Counted from the stretch's first letter, positions 1 through 7,718 are shown. The stretch: DNA of 32,000 nt from Halogeometricum borinquense DSM 11551 (GCF_000172995.2 NC_014729.1:450001-482000), one strand, 5' to 3'. The notes: generated by a model not told the origin, from the letters alone. Numbers and translations: made by a program.

Positions 1-284
1 TCGCGGAGACGACCGAGAGCATCGTCATGCTGGTCTGCATTTGCTCGGCGTGGCGAGTCGAGTTGATTCGCTTCGGTCATAGCTCTCGTGAAGTCGGTCA
101 GACGGACGTACGGGAGCGTGAGCAATGCAGTGATGATGAAGGTCCCGACGAAACCTGCGACGGGATGCTCACCGTTGATGAGTGCAATGAGAGAAACAAC
201 GCCGGCGACGACGGCGGAGAACGTCCACGGCCGCGTGCGGATGAACTCGTCGAAGTCGAACCCGTCGGTGGAGGGCGAAGACAT
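1..284 (-). CDS. Membrane protein of unknown function, partial; the C-terminus lies beyond the window start
   Basis: Absent from the ORF track because it runs off the edge. The reverse frame from the ATG at 284-282 is open to base 1; I checked every codon and found no stop. It translates to MSSPSTDGFDFDEFIRTRPWTFSAVVAGVVSLIALINGEHPVAGFVGTFIITALLTLPYVRL..., with two hydrophobic helices and mostly G/C third positions. An A6 run on + at 308-313 (T6 on -) lies 24-29 nt upstream of the ATG and could be a TATA-like element. Confidence 0.6.
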   Translation of the reverse strand, partial: MSSPSTDGFDFDEFIRTRPWTFSAVVAGVVSLIALINGEHPVAGFVGTFIITALLTLPYVRLTDFTRAMTEANQLDSPRRANADQHDDALGRLR

Positions 285-337
285 ATTAGATAGTTATCAA
301 GTACTGTAAAAAAGTTCGATAACGCGGGGTACGGCGT

Positions 338-508
338 CTACGCGTCTCGTGACCGACGGTAACCGAGAAGACCGAACACGCCAGTCAAGAGCGTCAGGAG
401 GTCCCACGGAGACGCGTCGATGTCGCGCTTCTTGGCGTCGCGGCGGATCCACGCGGCGAGTGTGAGGTGGGCAACGGCAGTCAGGCCGACGAACGTCGTG
501 CGCTTCAC
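338..508 (-). CDS. Small two-helix membrane protein of 56 aa, PLDc_N (PF13396)-like layout
   Basis: The ORF falls below the track's length cutoff. It has a GTG start at 508-506 and a TAG stop at 340-338. It translates to VKRTTFVGLTAVAHLTLAAWIRRDAKKRDIDASPWDLLTLLTGVFGLLGYRRSRDA, which reads as helix, then a W..RDAKKR loop, then helix. It begins 4 nt after the aldo/keto reductase stop, and a T6 run on the - strand follows it about 25 nt downstream. Confidence 0.4.
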   Translation of the reverse strand: MKRTTFVGLTAVAHLTLAAWIRRDAKKRDIDASPWDLLTLLTGVFGLLGYRRSRDA

Positions 509-512
509 GGCG

Positions 513-1589
513 TTAGTCTGCGGAGTTGCGCGGGCCGGCCGAGGCCTTTTTGTCGATGCCTGCGGCGTCGATGTCGTCGCCGCCGACTGACGAGCGAAGT
601 TCGTCCATCCCGTCGTCGCAGTCGATTCCGAAGTTGTCCTCGTAGAGGTCGCTCACGCGCGTCATTTCCTCCTCGGAGAGTTTCGGGACGTCGCTGGCGG
701 CGGCCCACTCGGTGATGTCTTCTTTCGTGTGGAACGTCGGCGTCACCGACGCGACGGCGTCGTGGCTCAGAAGGTAGGCGATGGCGGCTTGTCCCATCGT
801 ACGTTCGCCGTCTCGCTCCAAGAACCGAAGCGTCTCTAGTTTCTCCCAGCCCGTCTCGTACCACGCGTCGGGGCGGAATCCGCGGTGGTCGTCAAGGTCG
901 TGGCCCGTCTCGGGCGTCACCTGTTCGTTCAGGAGGCCCGAAGAGTGCGGCACGCGCGGGATGAGACTCGTCGGCGACCCCGTGCGCTCGACGGTGTCGA
1001 GGAAGTGGTTGCCGACTTCCTGCTCGAACATGTTCCAGACGAGTTGCAGCGAGTCGAACTCCTCTTCGATGGCCATGTCGCCCTCGGCCAACCAACCGAT
1101 GGAGGGACCGAGTGCCCAACCGATTGCGTCTACGAGGCCTTCCTCACGGAGTTCGTCGAGTGCTTCGAGAACGTCCTCGTCAACCTCGTCAACGTTCGCG
1201 TTGTGGAGTTGGAGTACTTCGACGTGGTCTACGCCGAGGCGTTCGAGACTCTTCTCCGTCGCGGAGCGAACCCACTCGCCCGTCATCTCTTTCGGTAGTT
1301 CGCCGTGGCCCGCCTGCGGGTTGTTGTAGAAGTCGTAGCCGACTTTCGTGGCGAGAGTGACTTCGTCGCGGTAGTCTGCGATAGCCTCACCGATCACTTT
1401 CTCGCTTTCGCCGTGGCCGTACACGTCGCCGGTGTCGAAGTAGGTGATTCCCTCCTCGATAGCGTGATGGATCATCTCGATGGAGTCGTCCTTCGTGCGG
1501 TCTCCCCACCAGTCGGTGCCGACAACCCACGCGCCGAACCCGACTTCGCTGACTTCGACGTCAGAGTTACCCAGCGTCCGATAGTTCAT
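513..1589 (-). CDS. Aldo/keto reductase family oxidoreductase
   Basis: 358-aa ORF. The N-terminus MNYRTLGNSDVEVSEVGFGAWVVG...IHHAIEEGITYFDTGDVYGHGESEKVIGEAI is a typical AKR signature (D-x-Y, G-x-S-E). Confidence 0.9.
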   Translation of the reverse strand: MNYRTLGNSDVEVSEVGFGAWVVGTDWWGDRTKDDSIEMIHHAIEEGITYFDTGDVYGHGESEKVIGEAIADYRDEVTLATKVGYDFYNNPQAGHGELPKEMTGEWVRSATEKSLERLGVDHVEVLQLHNANVDEVDEDVLEALDELREEGLVDAIGWALGPSIGWLAEGDMAIEEEFDSLQLVWNMFEQEVGNHFLDTVERTGSPTSLIPRVPHSSGLLNEQVTPETGHDLDDHRGFRPDAWYETGWEKLETLRFLERDGERTMGQAAIAYLLSHDAVASVTPTFHTKEDITEWAAASDVPKLSEEEMTRVSDLYEDNFGIDCDDGMDELRSSVGGDDIDAAGIDKKASAGPRNSAD

Positions 1590-1841
1590 GTCCCGGGATT
1601 AGGAGTCGGGTCACTTAGCCCGAACGGTTCAGTAGTCGAAATTTCAACTACCAAGGCGTCAGCTATCTTCTCGTCTTGTTCTTCGTCATCTTCCAGAGTA
1701 TCCGACGAACGTCCTGTTCCGGTGTGAAAGCAGGTTTCCCGGTCGTCGTCAGTTGGACGTTCTGCCCTCGCTATCCAGACGGTCCACCGGTCGCTGCACA
1801 CAACCGAACGGATTAGTTCGCTGGGAACAAATCCGTCGTTA

Positions 1842-2774
1842 ATGACGAAAGTCCACGTCTCTCTCCCTTCGGAGGCGGAACGGAACGTACAGGCGTTCAT
1901 CGATGAGGTGGACGAACGACTCTCCTCCGAAGAAGACACGTGCGAGGTCGTCACGGAAACGCTCGTTGACCTTCACGGCGACCGGGAGGCGTACGAACGA
2001 TGGCAGGCGGGCGCGGATCTCTCGCCGGCCGAACGTGTCCGTCTACAGGGGTACAACCCGTGCAACGCGACGCTGGAGTCGGAGTACTACGCCGAGAAAG
2101 ACGAATCGAAGTTCACGCGCTCGAAAAATCTCCAGTGGCTCTGGCGGCAGTTCGACGCGACGCCGATGGCAGACAACATCCACTTCGCGCTTCGATTCCG
2201 GCAGATGCTCGCAGACCACCTGTTCGAGGAGTGTGGAGACAACTGCCGGTTTTTCAAGGGGATCACGTTCACCTACGGTCACAACATCTCTATCGGGGAC
2301 AACACTGTCGTCCACGACGGCGTTCACCTTGACGACCGAGGGAAACTCACTATCGGGGACCGCGTCTCTCTCTCCGACGGCGTTCACCTCTACAGTCACG
2401 ACCACGATATCGTAGACCAAACCGACGTCCGGAACTACCACACTATCGTCGAAGACAACGCTCGTATCACCTACGACGCGATGGTTCGTGCCGGTATCCG
2501 AATCGGCGCTAACAGCGTCGTCGGTGCGCGGTCAGTCGTACAGGGAGACGTCCCCGATCATCATATCGTCGTCGGAACACCGGCGAAAAGCATCCGCGTC
2601 AAACCCGGGTGGGAGTCCGTGGCCGCCCCCGTCGAAGACCGCCTCGTCAATCGGCAGGACGAACGCGAGATTACGTACGACCTCCCGGACGGTCTCGATA
2701 CGTTCGACGAGTTCGGACGCGCACTCACGCCACCGGATACACCCGACGCCCCGAATCCCGAATCACACGACTAA
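1842..2774 (+). CDS. Hexapeptide-repeat (left-handed beta-helix) acyl/acetyltransferase with an N-terminal extension of about 110 aa
   Basis: 310-aa ORF. It carries repeated [LIV]-G-x4 hexapeptides: GHNISIGDNTVVHDGVHLDDRGKLTIGDRVSLSDGVHLYSHDHD...IGANSVVGARSVVQGDVPDHHIVVGTPAK. Confidence 0.85.
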   Translation: MTKVHVSLPSEAERNVQAFIDEVDERLSSEEDTCEVVTETLVDLHGDREAYERWQAGADLSPAERVRLQGYNPCNATLESEYYAEKDESKFTRSKNLQWLWRQFDATPMADNIHFALRFRQMLADHLFEECGDNCRFFKGITFTYGHNISIGDNTVVHDGVHLDDRGKLTIGDRVSLSDGVHLYSHDHDIVDQTDVRNYHTIVEDNARITYDAMVRAGIRIGANSVVGARSVVQGDVPDHHIVVGTPAKSIRVKPGWESVAAPVEDRLVNRQDEREITYDLPDGLDTFDEFGRALTPPDTPDAPNPESHD

Positions 2775-2868
2775 CGCTGATTCTGTCACTGTTTGTCGCT
2801 GTCGTCGCTGTTCGTCGTTTCTCTCCGGCCCCCGAACCGTAAAGTGTCTTGGTAACCTATAGCATAGT

Positions 2869-3195
2869 ATGGAGGCGTGGGGTTGGATCGTCGTCTACGC
2901 AATCGGGCTCACGATACTCCAGTTACTGGTGTATCGGTACCTCCTGAACAACGGCGGAGAGGTCGGGTACGACGGGGTCGTCGGGGACTCGGACGACCGC
3001 CCTGACGGGCCAGTCGCACACGGAGGCGAACGCGGTAGCATCGGACGATCACCGCGTCTCGTCGCGTCACCGAACGCTCCTGCCAACGAGCGGGACGACC
3101 AATCGACCGGACGATACTGTCCGCATTGCGGCTCGGAGAACGAACCGGACCATACGTTCGACCGGTGTTGGAACTGCGCGAATCGACTCGTGTAA
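2869..3195 (+). CDS. Membrane-anchored zinc-ribbon protein
   Basis: 108-aa ORF with an N-terminal TM helix (WGWIVVYAIGLTILQLLVY), a low-complexity linker and a C-terminal CPHC-x14-CWNC zinc ribbon. Confidence 0.7.
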   Translation: MEAWGWIVVYAIGLTILQLLVYRYLLNNGGEVGYDGVVGDSDDRPDGPVAHGGERGSIGRSPRLVASPNAPANERDDQSTGRYCPHCGSENEPDHTFDRCWNCANRLV

Positions 3196-3202
3196 CCCGT
3201 CA

Positions 3203-3246
3203 CACCGGCCGGACGTTGCGTCCTCATAGCTGCCGGTGCCGTTTTT
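3203..3246 (+). terminator. Candidate terminator: nested hairpin followed by a T5 run
   Basis: caccggc (3203-3209) pairs with gccggtg (3232-3238). An inner ggac/gtcc stem lies inside, and ttttt follows at 3242-3246. The element starts 8 nt after the zinc-ribbon gene stop. Confidence 0.4.
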
Positions 3247-3304
3247 CCGTTGGGTATCCTGCTCTATCAGCAGATTTTTTGACAGTGTATTGTTGTTCTC
3301 ATCC

Positions 3305-3493
3305 ATGGAACTCGCCGGACGCTCGATCAGAGAGCGCGTGATGCAGACACTCGTCGTGTTCGTTGTTTTCTTCGCGTACGACTACTTGCAGAACGCGGTC
3401 GATTGGAGTTACCTTTTCGCGGCGACAGCTCTCTTCTTCGTGATGATGCTCGTTATCGACGGTCTCTCGGAACGACTCAAAAGTCGTAGCTAA
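3305..3493 (+). CDS. Small membrane protein of 62 aa (two helices)
   Basis: This uses the internal ATG of track ORF 3236..3493. It translates to MELAGRSIRERVMQTLVVFVVFFAYDYLQNAVDWSYLFAATALFFVMMLVIDGLSERLKSRS. GC is lower than in neighbouring genes and the start codon is uncertain. Confidence 0.5.
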   Translation: MELAGRSIRERVMQTLVVFVVFFAYDYLQNAVDWSYLFAATALFFVMMLVIDGLSERLKSRS

Positions 3494-3518
3494 GTCACTG
3501 TCGCCACTATTCGGAACT

Positions 3519-4271
3519 GTGACTCGCGCTCTCGCTATCAACGTCGCCGCCAACACCAATTTGCCCGGTGTTCGCGGTCCCGTCTACCCGGATGGAACGT
3601 TCGCCTATGTCCCCATTCCTGAACGCAAACCGACCCGACCGGATGCGACGGTTCCAACGTACGCTGACATCGACCCACCAGTCGAGATTCCCGCTGACGC
3701 CCGCGACGCGCCCGTCCATCTGGACCCCGAGTTCGCCGGCTATCCGTTCTGTGACCGCTACACGTACGGCGACGAACACGGTGTGAAGGCCGGTCCGCTC
3801 TCGGATCTCGATGCTGGCGATTGGCTGTTTTTCTATGCGACGCTGGATCTGCACGAGGCGACCGGCAATGGGGACACAGTCGACGCAGACGACGGCACGA
3901 ACTATCTCGCACCGGATTGGGGGACGTACCTCATCGGCGGTTTCGAAGTCGATATCGCCGTCACGGGTTCGGAGTACGAGTCGCTTCCGGCGCCCGAGCG
4001 CGCTCGATTCGCCACTAACGCGCACGTCAAGCGCGAGTCGTTCGACGCGGCGGTGCTCGTCGCCGGAACCGACCGGTCGCGCCTGTTCGACCGCGTGGTG
4101 CCGCTCTCGACGCGCGAAGCGGGCGCGGACGCGAACCGCATCGTTACCGACCTCTCGAACGACTCCGGGAAGGGTCCGTGGTGGCGGCGCGTCCTTCGGT
4201 TTGACGCCAAGGCGACCGATGAACTGCTTCGCGTGATCGAATCGCGCGAGTTCGATCCGTATCTCGGATGA
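3519..4271 (+). CDS. Conserved hypothetical protein, Nmad3-like (putative nucleotide-modification-associated domain)
   Basis: 250-aa ORF with a GTG start. The N-terminal pattern ALAINVAANTNLPGVRGPVYPDGTFAYVPIPE and the later GDWLFFYA match, as I recall them, the characteristic motifs of the Nmad3 family (PF18754). The assignment is by eye only. Confidence 0.6.
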   Translation: MTRALAINVAANTNLPGVRGPVYPDGTFAYVPIPERKPTRPDATVPTYADIDPPVEIPADARDAPVHLDPEFAGYPFCDRYTYGDEHGVKAGPLSDLDAGDWLFFYATLDLHEATGNGDTVDADDGTNYLAPDWGTYLIGGFEVDIAVTGSEYESLPAPERARFATNAHVKRESFDAAVLVAGTDRSRLFDRVVPLSTREAGADANRIVTDLSNDSGKGPWWRRVLRFDAKATDELLRVIESREFDPYLG

Positions 4272-4338
4272 CGCCTCGTCCGAAGTCGTGACTATCTCGG
4301 AAACGAACGCTTTTCACCCGCGCCGAGTAGTCGAACGC

Positions 4339-4809
4339 ATGGATAGTGGGGTTTTAACGCTCTCTCGCCGCCGTCTTCTTGCCGCGAGTACGGCCGGTGT
4401 AGCCGCCCTTGCGGGATGTGGGGGAACGAACGCGCGGAACAGTGATTCGAACGACGCCGCCAGTCTCGGTTACGTCCGGGTAGTGAATCGGGACGACACG
4501 GCACACACGGCCCACGTGTTGGTCGAACGCGACGACGAGGTCGTATTCTGGTCGTCCTACGACCTCCCGGCCGTTGGGGACGACACGCCTACTGTCACCG
4601 TCGAGGGGCCGTGGGCCGACGCTTCGACTCCCGCGGCATACGAGGTGTACTTCCGAATCGACGAACAGAACGACTGGAAGACGTTCAGCACGGCGGAGAG
4701 CGACCTCGACTGCTACGGGCTCGAAGCGCGCGTGAACGACGACGCGGGGCTCGGTCTCTGGGTCGAGCACCAACCCGACGAGTGCGGGACGCCGACGGCG
4801 ACGGAGTAG
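4339..4809 (+). CDS. Tat-signal lipoprotein of unknown function
   Basis: This uses the internal ATG of track ORF 4288..4809. The start MDSGVLTLSRRRLLAASTAGVAALAGCGG contains a twin-arginine motif and a lipobox (LAGC). Confidence 0.75.
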   Translation: MDSGVLTLSRRRLLAASTAGVAALAGCGGTNARNSDSNDAASLGYVRVVNRDDTAHTAHVLVERDDEVVFWSSYDLPAVGDDTPTVTVEGPWADASTPAAYEVYFRIDEQNDWKTFSTAESDLDCYGLEARVNDDAGLGLWVEHQPDECGTPTATE

Positions 4810-4847
4810 CAGGGTTCGCCGGAGAGACGGGCAACTACGGGACGTTA

Positions 4848-4944
4848 TCGACAGAAATGAGCTGACCGGGGGTTCACCGAGCAAATCGAGGTGAACATCG
4901 GTCGGCAAACGACTATAAGGAGTGCGCCGACCGGGAATCGAACC
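4848..4944. repeat. Copy A of a perfect 97-nt direct repeat (75-nt tRNA-Gly 3' flank plus 22 nt of the tRNA 3' end)
   Basis: A base-by-base comparison shows it is identical to 5026-5122, offset by 178 nt. It contains a hairpin, gttcacc-N11-ggtgaac. Confidence 0.95.
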
Positions 4945-5015
4945 GGAGCCAGACGTTCCGGCTCGCTTCACTCGCGGGCTGCGACTGGCAGGGTTCGATT
5001 CCCTGCGTATTTCGT
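4923..5015 (-). pseudogene. tRNA-Gly-derived relic: the 3' acceptor/T-arm fragment joined to unrelated sequence
   Basis: Bases 4923-4944 equal the last 22 nt of tRNA-Gly, but one G of the T stem is missing just beyond them. There is no matching 5' acceptor strand. The body (4945-5015) instead holds an inverted T-arm-like gcagggttcgattccctgc at 4988-5006. On its 5' side sits the same 13-mer (5016-5028) that precedes the intact tRNA. Confidence 0.5.
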
Positions 5016-5025
5016 CTCACTTCGT

Positions 5026-5122
5026 TCGACAGAAATGAGCTGACCGGGGGTTCACCGAGCAAATCGAGGTGAACATCGGTCGGCAAACGACTATAAGGAG
5101 TGCGCCGACCGGGAATCGAACC
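5026..5122. repeat. Copy B of the perfect 97-nt direct repeat; it overlaps the 3' end of the intact tRNA-Gly
   Basis: Identical to 4848-4944. Confidence 0.95.
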
Positions 5123-5171
5123 CGGACTATTAGCTTGGGAAGCTAATGTCCTACCATTGGACCATCGGCGC
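5101..5171 (-). tRNA. tRNA-Gly (anticodon CCC)
   Basis: The reverse complement GCGCCGATGGTCCAATGGTAGGACATTAGCTTCCCAAGCTAATAGTCCGGGTTCGATTCCCGGTCGGCGCA folds as a 71-nt cloverleaf. It has a 7-bp acceptor stem, a GTCC/GGAC D stem, a TTAGC/GCTAA anticodon stem with loop TTCCCAA, and a CCGGG/CCCGG T stem with loop TTCGATT. Confidence 0.9.
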
Positions 5172-5375
5172 TCACTTCGTTCGCCCTGTGGTCAATCTCG
5201 CTTCGCTCGCTTGACCATCGGCGCTCGTTTTTCCCGCAATTTTATCTACTCCACCGGCCACACTTGAACGTAGCGTTTCACCGACCCGTCGGTAACTCCT
5301 TGCGAAAGTGGACACGCGTCCACAGAAACGCGGTAACGGGTGTCTATTAGTTCTCCGAGGTGCTACCGTCGTTCG

Positions 5376-6209
5376 ATGAGCACGGAACCGACGATTTTGA
5401 GCGATACCGCCCCGCTTGACCTTCGCTTGTCGGACGACGAACTCGAAGCGACCCACAACCACATCCTCCAGTTCATCCGCGATGTGGTGGATGGTGCCGG
5501 TGCCGAGGGTGCCGTTCTCGGCCTGTCGGGCGGCATCGATAGCACGGCGACAGCCTACCTCGCGGCCGAAGCACTCGGAAAGGAGAATCTCCACGGGCTG
5601 GTGATGCCGAGCGTGGTCAACTCCGACGAGAACATGAGCGACGCCGAACGCGTCGCACAGGAGTTAGAAATCGAGTACGACGTGGTGGAGATTCAACCCA
5701 TCGCCGAGACGTTCTTCGATACGTTCCCCGAAGCCGCGAACGACAGGATGGCCGCCGGGAACGTCTACGTCCGCGTCCGCGGCGTCCTGAACTACTTCGT
5801 CGCCAACCACGAGAACAAAATCGTTCTCGGAACTGGCAACCGGTCTGAAGCCCTCACGGGATACTTCACGAAGTACGGTGACCAAGCGGTCGATTGCAAT
5901 CCTATCGGCAACCTCTACAAACAGCAGGTCCGCCAACTGGCCGCCCACGTCGGCGTCCCCCAAGACCTCGTGATGAAAACACCCTCGGCTGGGATGTGGA
6001 CCGGCCAAACTGACGAGGACGAGATGGGCATGCACTACGACACCCTCGACGCGATTCTCGCACTCCACGTCGATGGTCCCCTCTCGAAGTCCGCGACGAT
6101 GGACCACATCGACGTCACCGGCGAGCAGATCGACAGGGTAGTCGAACTGTACGAACAGAGCGCACACAAGCGGCAGATGCCGCCCGCGCCGGAACCGCTG
6201 GATCTCTGA
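5376..6209 (+). CDS. nadE: NH3-dependent NAD+ synthetase
   Basis: This uses the internal ATG of track ORF 5340..6209. It carries the SGGIDS PP-loop motif (VLGLSGGIDSTATAYLA), then GTGNRSEALTGYFTKYGD and the typical NadE tail. Confidence 0.9.
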   Translation: MSTEPTILSDTAPLDLRLSDDELEATHNHILQFIRDVVDGAGAEGAVLGLSGGIDSTATAYLAAEALGKENLHGLVMPSVVNSDENMSDAERVAQELEIEYDVVEIQPIAETFFDTFPEAANDRMAAGNVYVRVRGVLNYFVANHENKIVLGTGNRSEALTGYFTKYGDQAVDCNPIGNLYKQQVRQLAAHVGVPQDLVMKTPSAGMWTGQTDEDEMGMHYDTLDAILALHVDGPLSKSATMDHIDVTGEQIDRVVELYEQSAHKRQMPPAPEPLDL

Positions 6210-6251
6210 GACGGCGTTACAACGCCGGTTCGTTCTGAGAACGACCGTCAG

Positions 6252-6977
6252 TCACTCCGAGTCGTCTCCTCCTCTTTCTCCCCGAGTCTGTCGGATATCG
6301 CCGACGTATCGCTCGTGCAGACGGGCGAATGCCTCCGCTTCGGCCCGTTCGCGCGCTTTATCGTCCGCATCGTCGCGGAGTCGCCGCTTTACGACGCGGA
6401 GTGCGTCCGACCGGTTGGACGCGATTTCGTCGGCAACGGTCCGCGGGTCCTCGACAACCCGAGAGACGAGACCGATTCGGCGGGCCTCCGCTGCGTCTAC
6501 GACGCGCCCCGAGAGCGCGATATCCATCGCTTCACCCTCGCCAACGATTCGCGGCAGGCGGACGGTGCCGCCCCACGCGCCGAACAGGCCGAACTCGACG
6601 CCGGGTTCGGCGAACGTCGCGTCGGGCGTCGCCACGCGCACGTCGCAGGCCAGCGCCATTTCGACACCGCCGCCGCGGGCCGCACCGTCGATTCCGGCGA
6701 CGACAACTGCCGATGCGTCGGCGATGGTGTTCGCTACTTGTTGTCCTTTTTGGGCGAACGCTTCCGGATCCGCGAGTTCCGAGACGCTGTCGAGGTCAGC
6801 GCCCGCACAGAAATGCCCACCCGCCCCGCGGAGGTAGATGACAGGCGTCTCGTTGGAGTCAGCGTCGGTCACGGCGGCCGCCAGCTCATCGAGGTCCGTG
6901 GGCCGAAGCGCGTTTCGTCGCTCCGGTCGGTCGATAGTCACGACGCGCACCGGTCCGTCCGCCGTCGTTCGAATCAT
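6252..6977 (-). CDS. Enoyl-CoA hydratase/isomerase (crotonase) family protein
   Basis: 241-aa ORF: VVTIDRPERRNAL...GAGGHFCAGADL...GIDGAARGGGVEMALACDVRVA...FGLFGAWGGTVRLPRIVG. Confidence 0.9.
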   Translation of the reverse strand: MIRTTADGPVRVVTIDRPERRNALRPTDLDELAAAVTDADSNETPVIYLRGAGGHFCAGADLDSVSELADPEAFAQKGQQVANTIADASAVVVAGIDGAARGGGVEMALACDVRVATPDATFAEPGVEFGLFGAWGGTVRLPRIVGEGEAMDIALSGRVVDAAEARRIGLVSRVVEDPRTVADEIASNRSDALRVVKRRLRDDADDKARERAEAEAFARLHERYVGDIRQTRGERGGDDSE

Positions 6978-7037
6978 GCGCGTCTGTCCTACGTGTTTTC
7001 CAAAGGTCTTTGCCCTTCCCGCCGTAACTCTCGGCTA

Positions 7038-7718
7038 ATGGACGACGCCGTGCGGGCCCGCGATGCCGCACGTGAGGCGCTCGACGATATCGAGCCAGAC
7101 CGCCTCCGTGAGGTGTTGTTCGACCGTCTCGACGAAACTTCAATGACTCCGGGGGCACTCACAATCCTGAGCGCACGTGCGCTCAAACCGGGTGTGGACG
7201 CTGACGCCGATGGACTGGCCGAACGTGCTGCGGGCGTCCAACTCATCTACGAGGGTCTCAGACTCACACGAACGCTGACGCACGAGGAACCGTGGCTCAC
7301 CGCCGACGGGGAGGACATCGACGGCGATATGGACGTACTCGCTGCCGACGTACTCGTCTCGCGGGGGTTCTATGTCCTCGCTCGAACCAACGCGGCCAAG
7401 CGAGCAGTCGAAGTGGTCCGCTCGTTCGGCCGCGATCAGACACTCCGCCAAGAACAGGACGACGCCGAGACACTCGACCGAAACCTCGAAGCAGACATCT
7501 TCACGCTTGCCGTCGTCGCCGGGACGACAGCCGTCGGTGGCGATGCCCCGCCGGCGCTCTTGGAGTACGCCGCCGAACTCGCCCGCGAGTGCGACGCCGA
7601 CGGTGCACTCCCGCCCGCCGCGGCGGCGTTCTCGGATGCAACGACAGAGCGCATCGCGTCGCTATCGGTCGCGAGCGCCACTGACGACCGAGTTCCGTCC
7701 TCGGCGACGGACCGGTAG
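7038..7718 (+). CDS. Acidic conserved hypothetical protein of 226 aa
   Basis: This is the in-frame ATG inside track ORF 6315..7718; the upstream part of that ORF is antisense to the crotonase gene. It translates to MDDAVRARDAAREALDDIEPDRL... and has halophile-type composition. Confidence 0.7.
   Translation: MDDAVRARDAAREALDDIEPDRLREVLFDRLDETSMTPGALTILSARALKPGVDADADGLAERAAGVQLIYEGLRLTRTLTHEEPWLTADGEDIDGDMDVLAADVLVSRGFYVLARTNAAKRAVEVVRSFGRDQTLRQEQDDAETLDRNLEADIFTLAVVAGTTAVGGDAPPALLEYAAELARECDADGALPPAAAAFSDATTERIASLSVASATDDRVPSSATDR

Noticed and set aside
1586-1954. A reverse-strand ORF whose TGA overlaps the AKR ATG in an ATGA arrangement, with a possible GTG start at 1801 (about 71 aa)
   Set aside because: The ATGA overlap is suggestive. 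However, the 3' half has many A/T-ending codons (GAA, ACT, GTA, ATT, CTA, AAT), unlike real genes here. The longer version collides with the acetyltransferase 5' end, and no motif is recognisable.
4945-5015. A + strand tRNA using the T-arm-like cagggttcgattccctg
   Set aside because: No complementary acceptor strand exists; the 3' side would be the AT-rich cgtattt. No D arm is present, and the candidate anticodon stem-loops have wrong loop sizes or a pyrimidine at position 37. It is best read as a fragment.
6315-7037. The 5' two-thirds of track ORF 6315..7718, plus other + strand ORFs antisense to the crotonase gene
   Set aside because: The translation is Arg-rich and low in complexity, and it is antisense to a clear enoyl-CoA hydratase. 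Only the part from the ATG at 7038 has protein-like, halophile-type composition.
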